Below are positions 9,177 to 18,900 of a stretch of DNA of 64,000 nucleotides, piece by piece (within the stretch, counting starts at the first letter, position 1; each line of letters begins with the position of its first letter). The translations under genes and the position numbers were made by a program. The notes beneath the pieces are model-generated. The model was not told the DNA's origin, did no database searches, and was given only the letters and a program-made list of their open reading frames with translations. The stretch comes from Gammaproteobacteria bacterium (lineage in GTDB: Bacteria > Pseudomonadota > Gammaproteobacteria > Eutrophobiales > Eutrophobiaceae). The stretch lies in NCBI GenBank assembly GCA_963422205.2, contig CAXMWX010000005.1:448001-512000 (forward strand), given 5' to 3'.

Positions 9177-11975
9177 ATGACCCAGAGACTACTAGCCGAT
9201 TTTTGTCATCAGTATTCCCTGTCAAAGACCTTGCGTTTTGCGCTAAGACCTGTTGGGGAAACTGAACAGTTCATAGCAAACAAGGGTTTGCTTGAAGAAG
9301 ACGAGGAACGGGTTGAAAAGTATAAACAGGCCAAAAAGATCATAGATGAATATCACAAAGACTTTATCAACCGCAGTCTTGAGGGTTTTTGTTTTGAAGA
9401 AAAGGATTTGGAGAATTTCCATGAAGCCTACTACACGTTCAAGAACAGTGACAATAAAGACAGTCAAGACTTCGAGGGTAAACAGACTAAATTGCGTGAA
9501 GCCATAGGGAAACAATTCAATACACAAAGATTATTCACAAAACATTTTATTAAAGAGACATTGCCGGAATGGCTGAAAGAGAGAACCCTGCAAATTGAAG
9601 GCGTTGACGACCCCGGAGCCATTATCAAAGATTTTGAAGACTGGACGACATATTTTCGTGGTTTTAATGAAAACCGCAAAAATATTTACAAAGAAGAAAA
9701 AGGGCCCAGGAGCACTTCCATCGGCTATCGTCTCATCCATGAGAATTTACCCCGGTTCATTGACAATATAAAACGCTACAAAGACGCAAGAGAGCTGAAT
9801 GTGGATTTTTCTGACGTGGAAAGGATTTTTGACGTTGACCTGGATCAGGTCTTTTCACTTGAATATTACAACCATTGTCTGACTCAGAGGGGAATTGATA
9901 CTTACAATCAAATTTTAGGTGGGCAGAGCGAACAGGGGAATGTGAAAAAACAAGGCGTAAACGAGAAAATCAACCTTCATGCTCAGCAATTAAAAAGCGA
10001 AGGCTCAAATGCCACTGATGAGCGTAAAAAAGAACTCGAAGAAAAAGCTAAAAAAGTCCGCTCCTGCAAACTGGAAAAACTCCACAAACAAATTCTCAGC
10101 GACAGAAGTGAACTCTCTTTTCGTTTGGAGGAGATAGATAGTGATGCCAGCTTGTGTGCAGCCATATTATTAAAATTCAAAATTGACGATGCTGAAAATC
10201 TCATAGGCAAAGACAAAGATATTAACATCACAGAAAATCTTGAAAAGTCCTTAACGCCGCTTAAAGATGCCGACCCTGAAAAGATATATGTCAATAATCG
10301 CTCTATAGCAGCCATTTCACAAAATCTTTTTAAGAACTGGAATACGATTAATGATTGTCTGGAATATTATGCCGAAAAGAAACTCTATCCCGTTCCCGAA
10401 AGGGAAAAAGAAACCAAGAAACTCTTAGACCAAAGAGAACAATGGTGCAAACAGTCCTACTTCTCCTTTACGGATATTCATAAGGCGTTGGAGACTTACT
10501 TTGAGCAATATACAGGGGACGAATTGAAAGATGAGCAAAAATCAGAGGGGGTAAATGACGGCTTGAACATAAAAGAGCAAAAGGAAATCGCTGAGAGCAG
10601 GCCGCTTTTTGTCTATTTTGAAAGACTGGCTATAAGAAAAAAGAACCAGGAAAACAATACATTTGAATCAAAACATCTGCTTGAAGAAATCCAGAGAACA
10701 TTTAAGGAGGCGCTTCCGGTATTAGAAGAATACGAATGTATAGAGGAAGAAAAGCTGAAGAATGAAAAAGACAAAGTGCAAAAAATCAAACACTATCTTG
10801 ATGCCTTGATGGATCTGCAATATTTCCTGAAGTCCCTATCCGTCCAACTCAGCAAAAAAGAGGAAGAAAAAGCAGTTGAACTATATGAAAAAGACACTGG
10901 ATTTTATGAAGGTTTTGACGCTTTATTTGAAGTCGTTGAACAAATCGTTCCTCTCTACAACAAGACCCGAAACTACCTGACGAAAAAACCCTACAGCGTA
11001 GAGAAATACAAGCTGAATTTTGAAAACCAGGAACTTGCGGATGGCTGGGATAAAAACAAAGAAAAGGCTAATACCTGTGTGCTGTTGATGAAAGACGGGC
11101 AGTATTTTCTTGGCATAATGGACAGAGAACACAAGAAGATATTTGAAGGGGGCTTGCCCGATGAAGGCCAATGCTATAGAAAAATTGTTTACAAACAAAT
11201 CGCAAATGCCGGAAAAGATATTCAAAACCTGATCCGTATCAACGGCAAGTTTGAAAGAAAGACCAAAAAATTAGATGAACTCAAAAAACAGTATATTCCT
11301 GATATTTATGAAATAAGAAAGCGCGAATCACATAAAACTACAAATAAAAATTTTAACAAGGCTGACCTGATAAAATTTATTGATTACTACAAAGAAGCAG
11401 CAATAGCCTATTGGGACTGGTATGATTTTTCTTTTAAGAAGAGCAATAAATACGACAGCTTTAAAGAGTTTACCGACCATGTAAATAGCCAGGGATACAA
11501 GATTAAATTTCAGGATGTTTCAGAAACCCATATTGATGATTGCGTAAAAAAGGGGAAACTCTACCTTTTCCAGATTTACAGCAAAGATTTTTCGCCCAAA
11601 ACAAGAGGCAAGCCCAACTTGCAGACACTTTACTGGAAAGCCTTGTTTGATGATAAAAACCTGCGCGATGTTGTTTACAAACTCAACGGTAAGGCGGAAC
11701 TCTTTTACCGGAACCCATCTATTGAATATTCACCGTCAATCTGGGAAAAAGGACACCACGCTGGAAAAATAAGGCAGACATACCCCATTATCAAAGATCA
11801 CCGCTATGCCAAGGCTACATACTTATTTCATGTGTCAATCCAGTGTAACTTCAAAGCGGGCACAAAAAACTCCACCGATTTCAACCGCGAAGTCAGAGAC
11901 TCTCTCAAAGACAATTCGGAGGTGAATATCATAGGATTGATCGCGGCGAGAGACATTTGGCTTATTACACGGTAA
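9177..11975 (+). CDS. cas12a: Cas12a (Cpf1) N-terminal part (WED/REC/PI), truncated by a frameshift at RuvC-I
   Basis: FCHQYSLSKTLRFAL, FTTYF-like WTTYFRGFNENRKNIY, YRLIHENLPRF, LYNKTRNYLTKKPYS, LADGWDKNKE, GKLYLFQIYSKDFS, KLNGKAELFYR; GGAG RBS at 9165-9168; AT-rich relative to its flanks. Confidence 0.95.
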   Translation: MTQRLLADFCHQYSLSKTLRFALRPVGETEQFIANKGLLEEDEERVEKYKQAKKIIDEYHKDFINRSLEGFCFEEKDLENFHEAYYTFKNSDNKDSQDFEGKQTKLREAIGKQFNTQRLFTKHFIKETLPEWLKERTLQIEGVDDPGAIIKDFEDWTTYFRGFNENRKNIYKEEKGPRSTSIGYRLIHENLPRFIDNIKRYKDARELNVDFSDVERIFDVDLDQVFSLEYYNHCLTQRGIDTYNQILGGQSEQGNVKKQGVNEKINLHAQQLKSEGSNATDERKKELEEKAKKVRSCKLEKLHKQILSDRSELSFRLEEIDSDASLCAAILLKFKIDDAENLIGKDKDINITENLEKSLTPLKDADPEKIYVNNRSIAAISQNLFKNWNTINDCLEYYAEKKLYPVPEREKETKKLLDQREQWCKQSYFSFTDIHKALETYFEQYTGDELKDEQKSEGVNDGLNIKEQKEIAESRPLFVYFERLAIRKKNQENNTFESKHLLEEIQRTFKEALPVLEEYECIEEEKLKNEKDKVQKIKHYLDALMDLQYFLKSLSVQLSKKEEEKAVELYEKDTGFYEGFDALFEVVEQIVPLYNKTRNYLTKKPYSVEKYKLNFENQELADGWDKNKEKANTCVLLMKDGQYFLGIMDREHKKIFEGGLPDEGQCYRKIVYKQIANAGKDIQNLIRINGKFERKTKKLDELKKQYIPDIYEIRKRESHKTTNKNFNKADLIKFIDYYKEAAIAYWDWYDFSFKKSNKYDSFKEFTDHVNSQGYKIKFQDVSETHIDDCVKKGKLYLFQIYSKDFSPKTRGKPNLQTLYWKALFDDKNLRDVVYKLNGKAELFYRNPSIEYSPSIWEKGHHAGKIRQTYPIIKDHRYAKATYLFHVSIQCNFKAGTKNSTDFNREVRDSLKDNSEVNIIGLIAARDIWLITR

Positions 11976-13117
11976 TAAACCAGAGAGGAGAAATTCTTAA
12001 AGACGCAAATGGAGAGCATTTGCAGGGGAGTTTAAACAAACCCCTCGGCGAAAAAGACTACCAGGAGCTTTTACACAAGCGGGAAAAAGACAGGGACAAA
12101 AACAGAAAATCCTGGGGAACAGTTGAAAAAATCAAAGACTTGAAAGAAGGGTATTTATCTCAAGTAGTGCATAAAATTGCAAAACTCATGGTGGAACACA
12201 ATGCCATAGTGGTTTTTGAAGATTTGAATTTCGGCTTTAAGAAAGGTCGTTTCAAGGTGGAAAAACAGGTCTATCAAAAGCTGGAAAAGATGCTCATTGA
12301 CAAACTCAATTACCTTGTATTCAAGGATAAAAATCCCAATGAGGCAGGCGGCCTTCTAAATGCCTTGCAACTCACCGCTCCGTTTGTAAGTTTCCAGGGG
12401 CTGGGCAAGCAAACGGGGTTTATTTTTTATGTGCCCGCATATCATACCTCTAAGGTTTGCCCCGCAACCGGGTTTGTCAACCTGCTGTATCCGCGATATG
12501 AGACCATTAAAAAAGCACAGGAGTTCTGCAAAAAATTCAACAAAATCTGTTTTAACAAAGAACAAAACTGCTTTGAGTTTCACTTTCACTATGAAAAGTT
12601 CACAAATAAAGCCGAAGGGGGCAGGCAGGATTGGGTTTTGTGCAGTCACGATGTGCGGCTGGAAAATTTCAAAAATGGAAAAAGTCAATGGCAAACTCGT
12701 GAGATAAACCTGAATGAGAAGATGGAAAAATTATTCAAGGATTATTTGATTGATTTTGATGACGGGCAATGTTTGATTGAGAAAATCGCTCAACAGGATA
12801 AAAGTGAATTTTTCAAATCATTGCTCCGCCTGCTCAAACTCACCCTGCAAATGCGTAACAACAGAATAGGAAAAGATGAAGACTGGCTTATTTCACCGGT
12901 GAAAGACAGCGAGGGTAACTTTTTTGACTCACGCAAAGCGGATACTTCCATGCCACAAAACGCGGATGCCAACGGTGCCTACCATATTGCGCTTAAAGGT
13001 TTGCTGATGCTTGAGCAACTCAGAAATAGTGAAAATGAAAATTTCAAACCGGATTTGTCCAATAAGGCATGGTATGAATTTCTGGCAGAGCGGCATGGAA
13101 ACAAAAGCAGCAATTAG
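11957..13117 (+). CDS. cas12a: Cas12a C-terminal part (bridge helix, RuvC-II, Nuc, RuvC-III)
   Basis: IKDLKEGYLSQVVHKI, VVFEDLNFGFKKGRFKVEKQVYQK, TLQMRN, PQNADANGAYHIALKG. Its frame extends upstream as DRGERHL, i.e. it continues the N-terminal part after a 1-nt deletion near 11936. Confidence 0.95.
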   Translation: MAYYTVINQRGEILKDANGEHLQGSLNKPLGEKDYQELLHKREKDRDKNRKSWGTVEKIKDLKEGYLSQVVHKIAKLMVEHNAIVVFEDLNFGFKKGRFKVEKQVYQKLEKMLIDKLNYLVFKDKNPNEAGGLLNALQLTAPFVSFQGLGKQTGFIFYVPAYHTSKVCPATGFVNLLYPRYETIKKAQEFCKKFNKICFNKEQNCFEFHFHYEKFTNKAEGGRQDWVLCSHDVRLENFKNGKSQWQTREINLNEKMEKLFKDYLIDFDDGQCLIEKIAQQDKSEFFKSLLRLLKLTLQMRNNRIGKDEDWLISPVKDSEGNFFDSRKADTSMPQNADANGAYHIALKGLLMLEQLRNSENENFKPDLSNKAWYEFLAERHGNKSSN

Positions 13118-13125
13118 AACAAAAT

Positions 13126-13683
13126 ATGGAAACCTGTCTGCCCATCTCCTATCTGAACGACTTTGTTTTCTGCCCCCGCTCTATTTATTTCCATCAACTC
13201 TATGGTCGTACCGAGCAGAGGCTGTATCAGACCACCGCCCAGACCGCTGGCAAGGCGGCGCACAAGACGATTGACGAGAGGCGTTATACCACGGCGAAAA
13301 ACGTGTTGCAGGGACTTGATGTTTACAGCGAAAAATACGCTATCGGCGGCAAGATAGATGTATATGACAAATCGAAGGCTTTGCTGACGGAGCGCAAAAA
13401 GAAAATCAAAACGATTTACGATGGCTACATATACCAGCTTTTTGCACAGTATCACTGCCTGACCGAGATGGGCTATAAGGTTGCGCGATTGCAGTTATAC
13501 AGCATGGCGGATAACCGGGTTTATCCTGTTAAAACGCCATTGGAAGACCCGGAGATGCAGCGGCAGTTTGAGCAACTTGTCGCGGCAATCAGGCAGTATG
13601 ATCTCCAGGCCCCGTTTGAACCTGATGAGAAAAAATGCAGGCAGTGTATCTATTGCAATCTTTGTGATGTTGCAAAATGTTGA
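13126..13683 (+). CDS. cas4: Type V CRISPR-associated Cas4
   Basis: ISYLNDFVFCPRSIYFH, GKIDVYD...ERK nuclease motif, C-terminal CxxCxYxxxC Fe-S cysteines; follows cas12a. Confidence 0.95.
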   Translation: METCLPISYLNDFVFCPRSIYFHQLYGRTEQRLYQTTAQTAGKAAHKTIDERRYTTAKNVLQGLDVYSEKYAIGGKIDVYDKSKALLTERKKKIKTIYDGYIYQLFAQYHCLTEMGYKVARLQLYSMADNRVYPVKTPLEDPEMQRQFEQLVAAIRQYDLQAPFEPDEKKCRQCIYCNLCDVAKC

Positions 13684-14639
13684 GCGCACCTGACTTTAAA
13701 CAAAAAAAGATTATCTTCGCATTGCTGAGCCATGGAGAAAAACTCAGCTTTAAAAATGATAATGTTATCATCACGGATGATGATGGCATCAGGCATCAGT
13801 CCAGTTGTTATCGCTTGTTTGCCCTGTTTGTTGTTGGCCATATCACCATCACATCAGGCTTGCTGCAACGGGCCAAAAAATTTGGCTTCAGTATTGTCTT
13901 AATGACCCATGGCCTGATCCCCCATGGAAGCTGGCTGGCTAAAGCGGAGGGTAATGTCCTGTTAAGGAAAAGACAGTACAACTATCAGGGTCTGGAGATA
14001 GCCAGGCATCTGATAAACGACAAGATCGAGCAACAGGTACAGAACCTGAAAAAGCGCAGGAAGAAGCCGGAGAAATTAAAACAGGCAATAACGGCTTTGC
14101 AAGCCTATCAATATCGACTGGCTAATGATTATGCCGACTTGCAGAACATCCTGGGCATTGAGGGGATCGCCTCCCGTGTGTATTTTCAGGCCATGTTCGC
14201 CGATATGGCGTGGGCTGGCAGACAGCCGAGGGCGAAGCAGGATATAACCAACCTGCTGCTGGACATTGGCTATATGCAGTTATTTCATATCATTGATGCC
14301 CTGCTGAATCTGTATGGTTTTGATACCTATCAGGGCGTTTATCATCAGGCGTTCTATCAGCGTAAATCGCTGGTGTGCGATCTGGTGGAGCCATTCAGGC
14401 CCATCGTTGATTTGGGGATCAGAAATGCATATCAGCGCGGGCAGATCCACCAAGCTGATTTCAGCTATGTGAACGGTCAATACCGGCTATTCGGCAAGGC
14501 CAGTCAGCCTTATGTGAGGCTCCTGCTGCAATCTGTTCTGGCGCACAAGCAGGCGATATTCCTTTATGTGCAAGGTTACTACAGGGCATTTATGCGGGAT
14601 AAACCCATTGATCAATACCCTGTATTTAAGAGAGATTGA
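13677..14639 (+). CDS. cas1: Type V CRISPR-associated Cas1
   Basis: EGIASRVYF, NLLLDIGY, GVYHQAFYQRKSLVCDLVEPFRP; lies between cas4 and cas2. Confidence 0.95.
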   Translation: MLSAPDFKQKKIIFALLSHGEKLSFKNDNVIITDDDGIRHQSSCYRLFALFVVGHITITSGLLQRAKKFGFSIVLMTHGLIPHGSWLAKAEGNVLLRKRQYNYQGLEIARHLINDKIEQQVQNLKKRRKKPEKLKQAITALQAYQYRLANDYADLQNILGIEGIASRVYFQAMFADMAWAGRQPRAKQDITNLLLDIGYMQLFHIIDALLNLYGFDTYQGVYHQAFYQRKSLVCDLVEPFRPIVDLGIRNAYQRGQIHQADFSYVNGQYRLFGKASQPYVRLLLQSVLAHKQAIFLYVQGYYRAFMRDKPIDQYPVFKRD

Positions 14640-14914
14640 CATTGCTTATCGTGACCTATGATATCAGTGACAATAAACTCAGAACCAGATTTGCTGCGTT
14701 TCTTTCACGCTTTGGCTATCGATTGCAGTACTCCGTGTTTGAAATCAAAAACAGCAGGCGTCTGCTGGCGCTCATAGCGGCAGAAATACAGGCAGATTAT
14801 GAGAAAAAGTTTTCACAAAGCGATAGCGTGATTATTTTTAATTTGAGCAAGCAATGTAAAATCACCCGCTACGGCTATGCAAAAGATGATGATGAAGATT
14901 TAATTATTATCTGA
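14636..14914 (+). CDS. cas2: CRISPR-associated Cas2
   Basis: LIVTYDISDNKLR...GYRLQYSVFE; 92 aa; directly upstream of the leader and array. Confidence 0.95.
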   Translation: MTLLIVTYDISDNKLRTRFAAFLSRFGYRLQYSVFEIKNSRRLLALIAAEIQADYEKKFSQSDSVIIFNLSKQCKITRYGYAKDDDEDLIII

Positions 14915-15035
14915 TAGAATTGCCTATGTTGGTCTTTATGGGCGCAAACGATGCGATATCAGCGTTTTTATGCAACCAGACTGTTAAGAATGCCTGGCAA
15001 GTTATTGAAATATCCTGCTTGCAGCAGATTTATCT
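14915..15035 (+). promoter_or_regulatory. CRISPR leader
   Basis: Non-coding 121 bp between the cas2 stop and the first repeat; the degenerate repeat is at the opposite end of the array. Confidence 0.75.
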
Positions 15036-15879
15036 GTCTAAGACCGATAACTAATTTCTACTGTTGTAGATTTGGCAGGCGCCATCTTGCCATCGGTGTC
15101 TAAGACCGATAACTAATTTCTACTGTTGTAGATCATCACGCCCTTCAATCCCTTGCTGCGTCTAAGACCGATAACTAATTTCTACTGTTGTAGATTTAGC
15201 ACCCCCCGCCCTTGCAACGGTGGTCTAAGACCGATAACTAATTTCTACTGTTGTAGATTCCTGCATGCCGATCATGAGCAGAAGTCTAAGACCGATAACT
15301 AATTTCTACTGTTGTAGATGAAGACTTCTGGGTTGTAGGTTATGTGGTCTAAGACCGATAACTAATTTCTACTGTTGTAGATATACCAAGCTGCTGCTGC
15401 AGGCAAATGTCTAAGACCGATAACTAATTTCTACTGTTGTAGATTCGGACTGACCAAGTCGACGTTAAGATGTCTAAGACCGATAACTAATTTCTACTGT
15501 TGTAGATATATCCGTCTGCCATCGGTCTTCCATGCGTCTAAGACCGATAACTAATTTCTACTGTTGTAGATACTGCGGCGCATCTTGTATCTTTTTCGGG
15601 TCTAAGACCGATAACTAATTTCTACTGTTGTAGATTTCTGAGCGGTATGGTTATACGCTGTAGTCTAAGACCGATAACTAATTTCTACTGTTGTAGATAA
15701 GGCGATCTCTGAGTCCGGATCTCTTGTCTAAGACCGATAACTAATTTCTACTGTTGTAGATGAATGCGGCCATATGAGTTTCCCTTGGGTCTAAGACCGA
15801 TAACTAATTTCTACTGTTGTAGATTTGTATAAAATGACCGGAATAACAGATGTCTAAGACCGATAACTAATTTCTACTG
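15036..15879 (+). CRISPR. Type V-A CRISPR array: 13 identical 36-nt repeats GTCTAAGACCGATAACTAATTTCTACTGTTGTAGAT, one terminal repeat truncated to 28 nt, 13 spacers of 25-28 nt
   Basis: Repeats start at 15036, 15098, 15160, 15223, 15284, 15347, 15409, 15472, 15536, 15600, 15663, 15726, 15789 and 15852; the 3' end AATTTCTACTGTTGTAGAT is the canonical Cas12a handle. Confidence 0.99.
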
Positions 15880-15930
15880 AACTTCACACAGTCAGGCGCG
15901 AACAACCCCGCCGTCCCATAACACCTCACC

Positions 15931-18900
15931 TTATGAGGACAAGCTGGCCTGCTTATCTAGCGTGTTACGGGCGAAGGCGGCATTCAGCGATTCATCGATC
16001 ACGCATTCATACTCATCCAGCCGGGCGATCACCTGCTGTCCTTCATCCAGAAATTCGATATTCGCCCTGGCAGTGCCCTCGCTGGCGCTCACGATTTCGC
16101 TGATGATGCTGACGCCCGCCCGCGGCAGGCGTTGTTGAAACTGGCGGTAGCGGCCGATGCGGGTGGGCAGGCAACCCCTGCCGGAGTGAGCAAAACTCCA
16201 CAGGATCATCAGTTGAAACGCCGCATCCAGCAGGGCCGGGTCAGCATACCAGGAGGAGCGGATGGGCTGTGCCATCCACGCTGACGGCGGCGGGGCGGAG
16301 GCAGCGCATCCCTGGATGCCCGTATCAGAGCAAGCCAGCACCTCGGTCACGGATTGCAACAGCGGGCCGTGAAATAGCTGGCCGTTGGCATAATACGCCG
16401 GCCAGCTCAGCGCATAATCGCCGGTGATTGCGCCCAGCCGGTGGTCGGTGTTTGTCGCTGGCTGACTGCCCAGGATGATGCTCGCCCTGGCGTGACGCCT
16501 ATTGCCGCTGCACAATTCAACCGGCACGTAGCGAACATCACCGATGCCTTGCTCGGTACCGGCCATGATCTGTAATGGCCGCTGCTCGGCACCTGTCAGC
16601 GTCACCCCTTTCAGGATCTGCAAGTCATCCAGGCCAGCAAACCGCAAGCCCGGATTGGCGTGTATCGCCCCGTGGATCAACCATTCGGCGATCAAGGCGG
16701 CCGGCAGCACAGCCCGCCCGTTGATGACGTGATGCGCCAGCACCGGGTAGTCCTTGACAGTCAGCAGGCGCTCAAACGCCAGCCGGAGACCCCCGGCCTC
16801 GGTGGCGGCGGGCGCTTGTTCTTGTTCTGACAGATACGCCGGAGCCGGCGCTGACCCTGAGATAACGATCTCCACCTCATCCGCCTTGCTGCCCAACTCA
16901 TCCAGCAAGTACGCCGCACCAGCGCGCAAGCCGATCACCTCAACGCCTTCGCTGGCGAATAGCTGCTTTAGCGCGGGTGTCACCATGCCGCCATCCCAGG
17001 GCCCCCAGTTCAGACTGAGCACGCGACAGCTCGGGCGCTGCCTCCGTTGTTGCTGTGCCAGCTTGTTGAGCACCTCGTTGGCGGCGGCATAATCGGCCTG
17101 TCCGCGGCGGCCAAAACGGGCGCTGGATGAGGAGAACATGACGATCGCCTTCAGCGCATCGTTTGCCGTTGCCCGCAGCAGCGCTTCGGCCCCAGCCACC
17201 TTGGTGCTGAACACGTCCTGAAACTGCTCGGCGGTTTTATCTTCAATCAGCTTGTCGGCCAGCACGCCGGCCGCGTGAATCACCCCGCTGATCGGGCCTA
17301 ACTCCGCCCGCGCCTTGTCGATGCAGGCGGCAACGGCCTCGCCGTGTCGAACGTCCACGGCCTGGTAGCTAACCGTCACGCCGCCCTCCCGCATGCGCTC
17401 AAGGTTATGGCGGATCTCCCTGGCGGCCAGGATCGCCTGACAGGTCTTCTCGGCGATTGCCGGGCTGGCATCGGTCTGCCGCAGAATAATCGCCTGCCTG
17501 ACGGCGGCGGCATCGTTTACGTCCTGTAACCAGTCCGGCTCCTTCGCCGGTAACTCGCTGCGCCCCAGCAGCAGCAGATTCACCTTGAACTGCTCCGCCA
17601 GAGCAATCGCCACTTCCGCCGTCACGCCGCGCGCCCCGCCGCTCACCACCACCACATCGCCCGGCGCAAACACAGGCAGGCGGCTGGCAGACGCAGAGAC
17701 GGCCTCGGAGCGCAAGGCAATGGCGTAGCGATGTTGCTCGGTCAGCCCCACCTCCAGCGGGCCTGCCGTGAGCAGTTCAGGCAAGAGGCGTTCACGCAGC
17801 GTCTCACCCACATCTGCCGGGAGGTCCAGCACCTTGCAATGCACATGCGGCCATTCCTTATCGGCGGTCTTGATCAGGCCACTGATCCCGGCACTGTGGG
17901 CGCTGGCCGACAGCGACCCTGTCAGGGCAAAGCGGCCACCTTGCCGGGTGATGCCGACAAGCAGTTGCAGATGCTCGGAATTGACCGCCTGCATCAAGGC
18001 GAAACCGGCCTCAATAAACGCCGCATCGGCCGCTGGTGGGGTCAGTATGATGAGGCCACCTGTGGGCATGGCCGGATGCTCATCAATCGCGATGATCGTT
18101 GCGTTGATGCCAGCGGCATGACACTGGGCTGCCAGTTGCCGCGGCAGCCGGCTGCCATCATCGGTAATGCACAGCGGCGCATCAGCGGCCAGGATCAGTG
18201 GCTGCCCGGCCTTATCATCCAGCTCAACCAGCGTGACCGGACAGCGATACAGCGATTGCCCGACAGATTGACCAGCAGATAATTCAGATGATGGCCCAGG
18301 AGATGGCTCAGGGGATGGCTCGGTAAGGGCGGCATCAACGCGTGCATCGGCAGCGGTAGCCGGCCCGGCGGCCTGCATATAATCAATGATCTGCCGCAGG
18401 GTTTGCAGGCTGGCGAGATCTTCCGGGGCAACCGCCGGTGCCGCCGGCAGGCGCTCCTGCAAGGCAGATAAGATCTCCACCCGCTTGATGGAGTCGATCC
18501 CCAGATCGGTGTCCAGATGCATGTCCACATCCAGCATCTCAGGCGGATAACCGGTCTTCTCGGCAACCACCTCCAGCATGGTGGCCTGCCAGGTCATATC
18601 GGCAACGGCGGCCTCAACAGGCGGCGGGGTGCTGGCGGGCGCGGGCGGCGGGGCGGCCAGGTCATCGTCCGTGGCAAGGTACTCAACAATGTGCGCCAGC
18701 ACCTGAAAGGTGCCAAGTTGCTCTGGCTGGATCTTGCTCATCGCCGGCAGGCGCTCCTGCAAGGCAGATAAGATCTCCACCCGCTTGATGGAATCGATGC
18801 CCAAATCGGTGTCGAGACTCATCTCCAGGCTCAACATGTCGACCGGGTAACCGGTCTTCTCGGCAACCACCTCCAGCAACAGGCGGGCAAAAAACGCCTG

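Noticed and set aside
11925-11945. Programmed -1 ribosomal frameshift restoring full-length Cas12a
   Set aside because: No slippery heptamer or homopolymer run at the site and no evident stimulatory hairpin.
15072-15535. Spacers 1 and 8 share TGCCATCGGT
   Set aside because: Only 10 nt, and the preceding bases do not align exactly; not enough to call overlapping protospacers.
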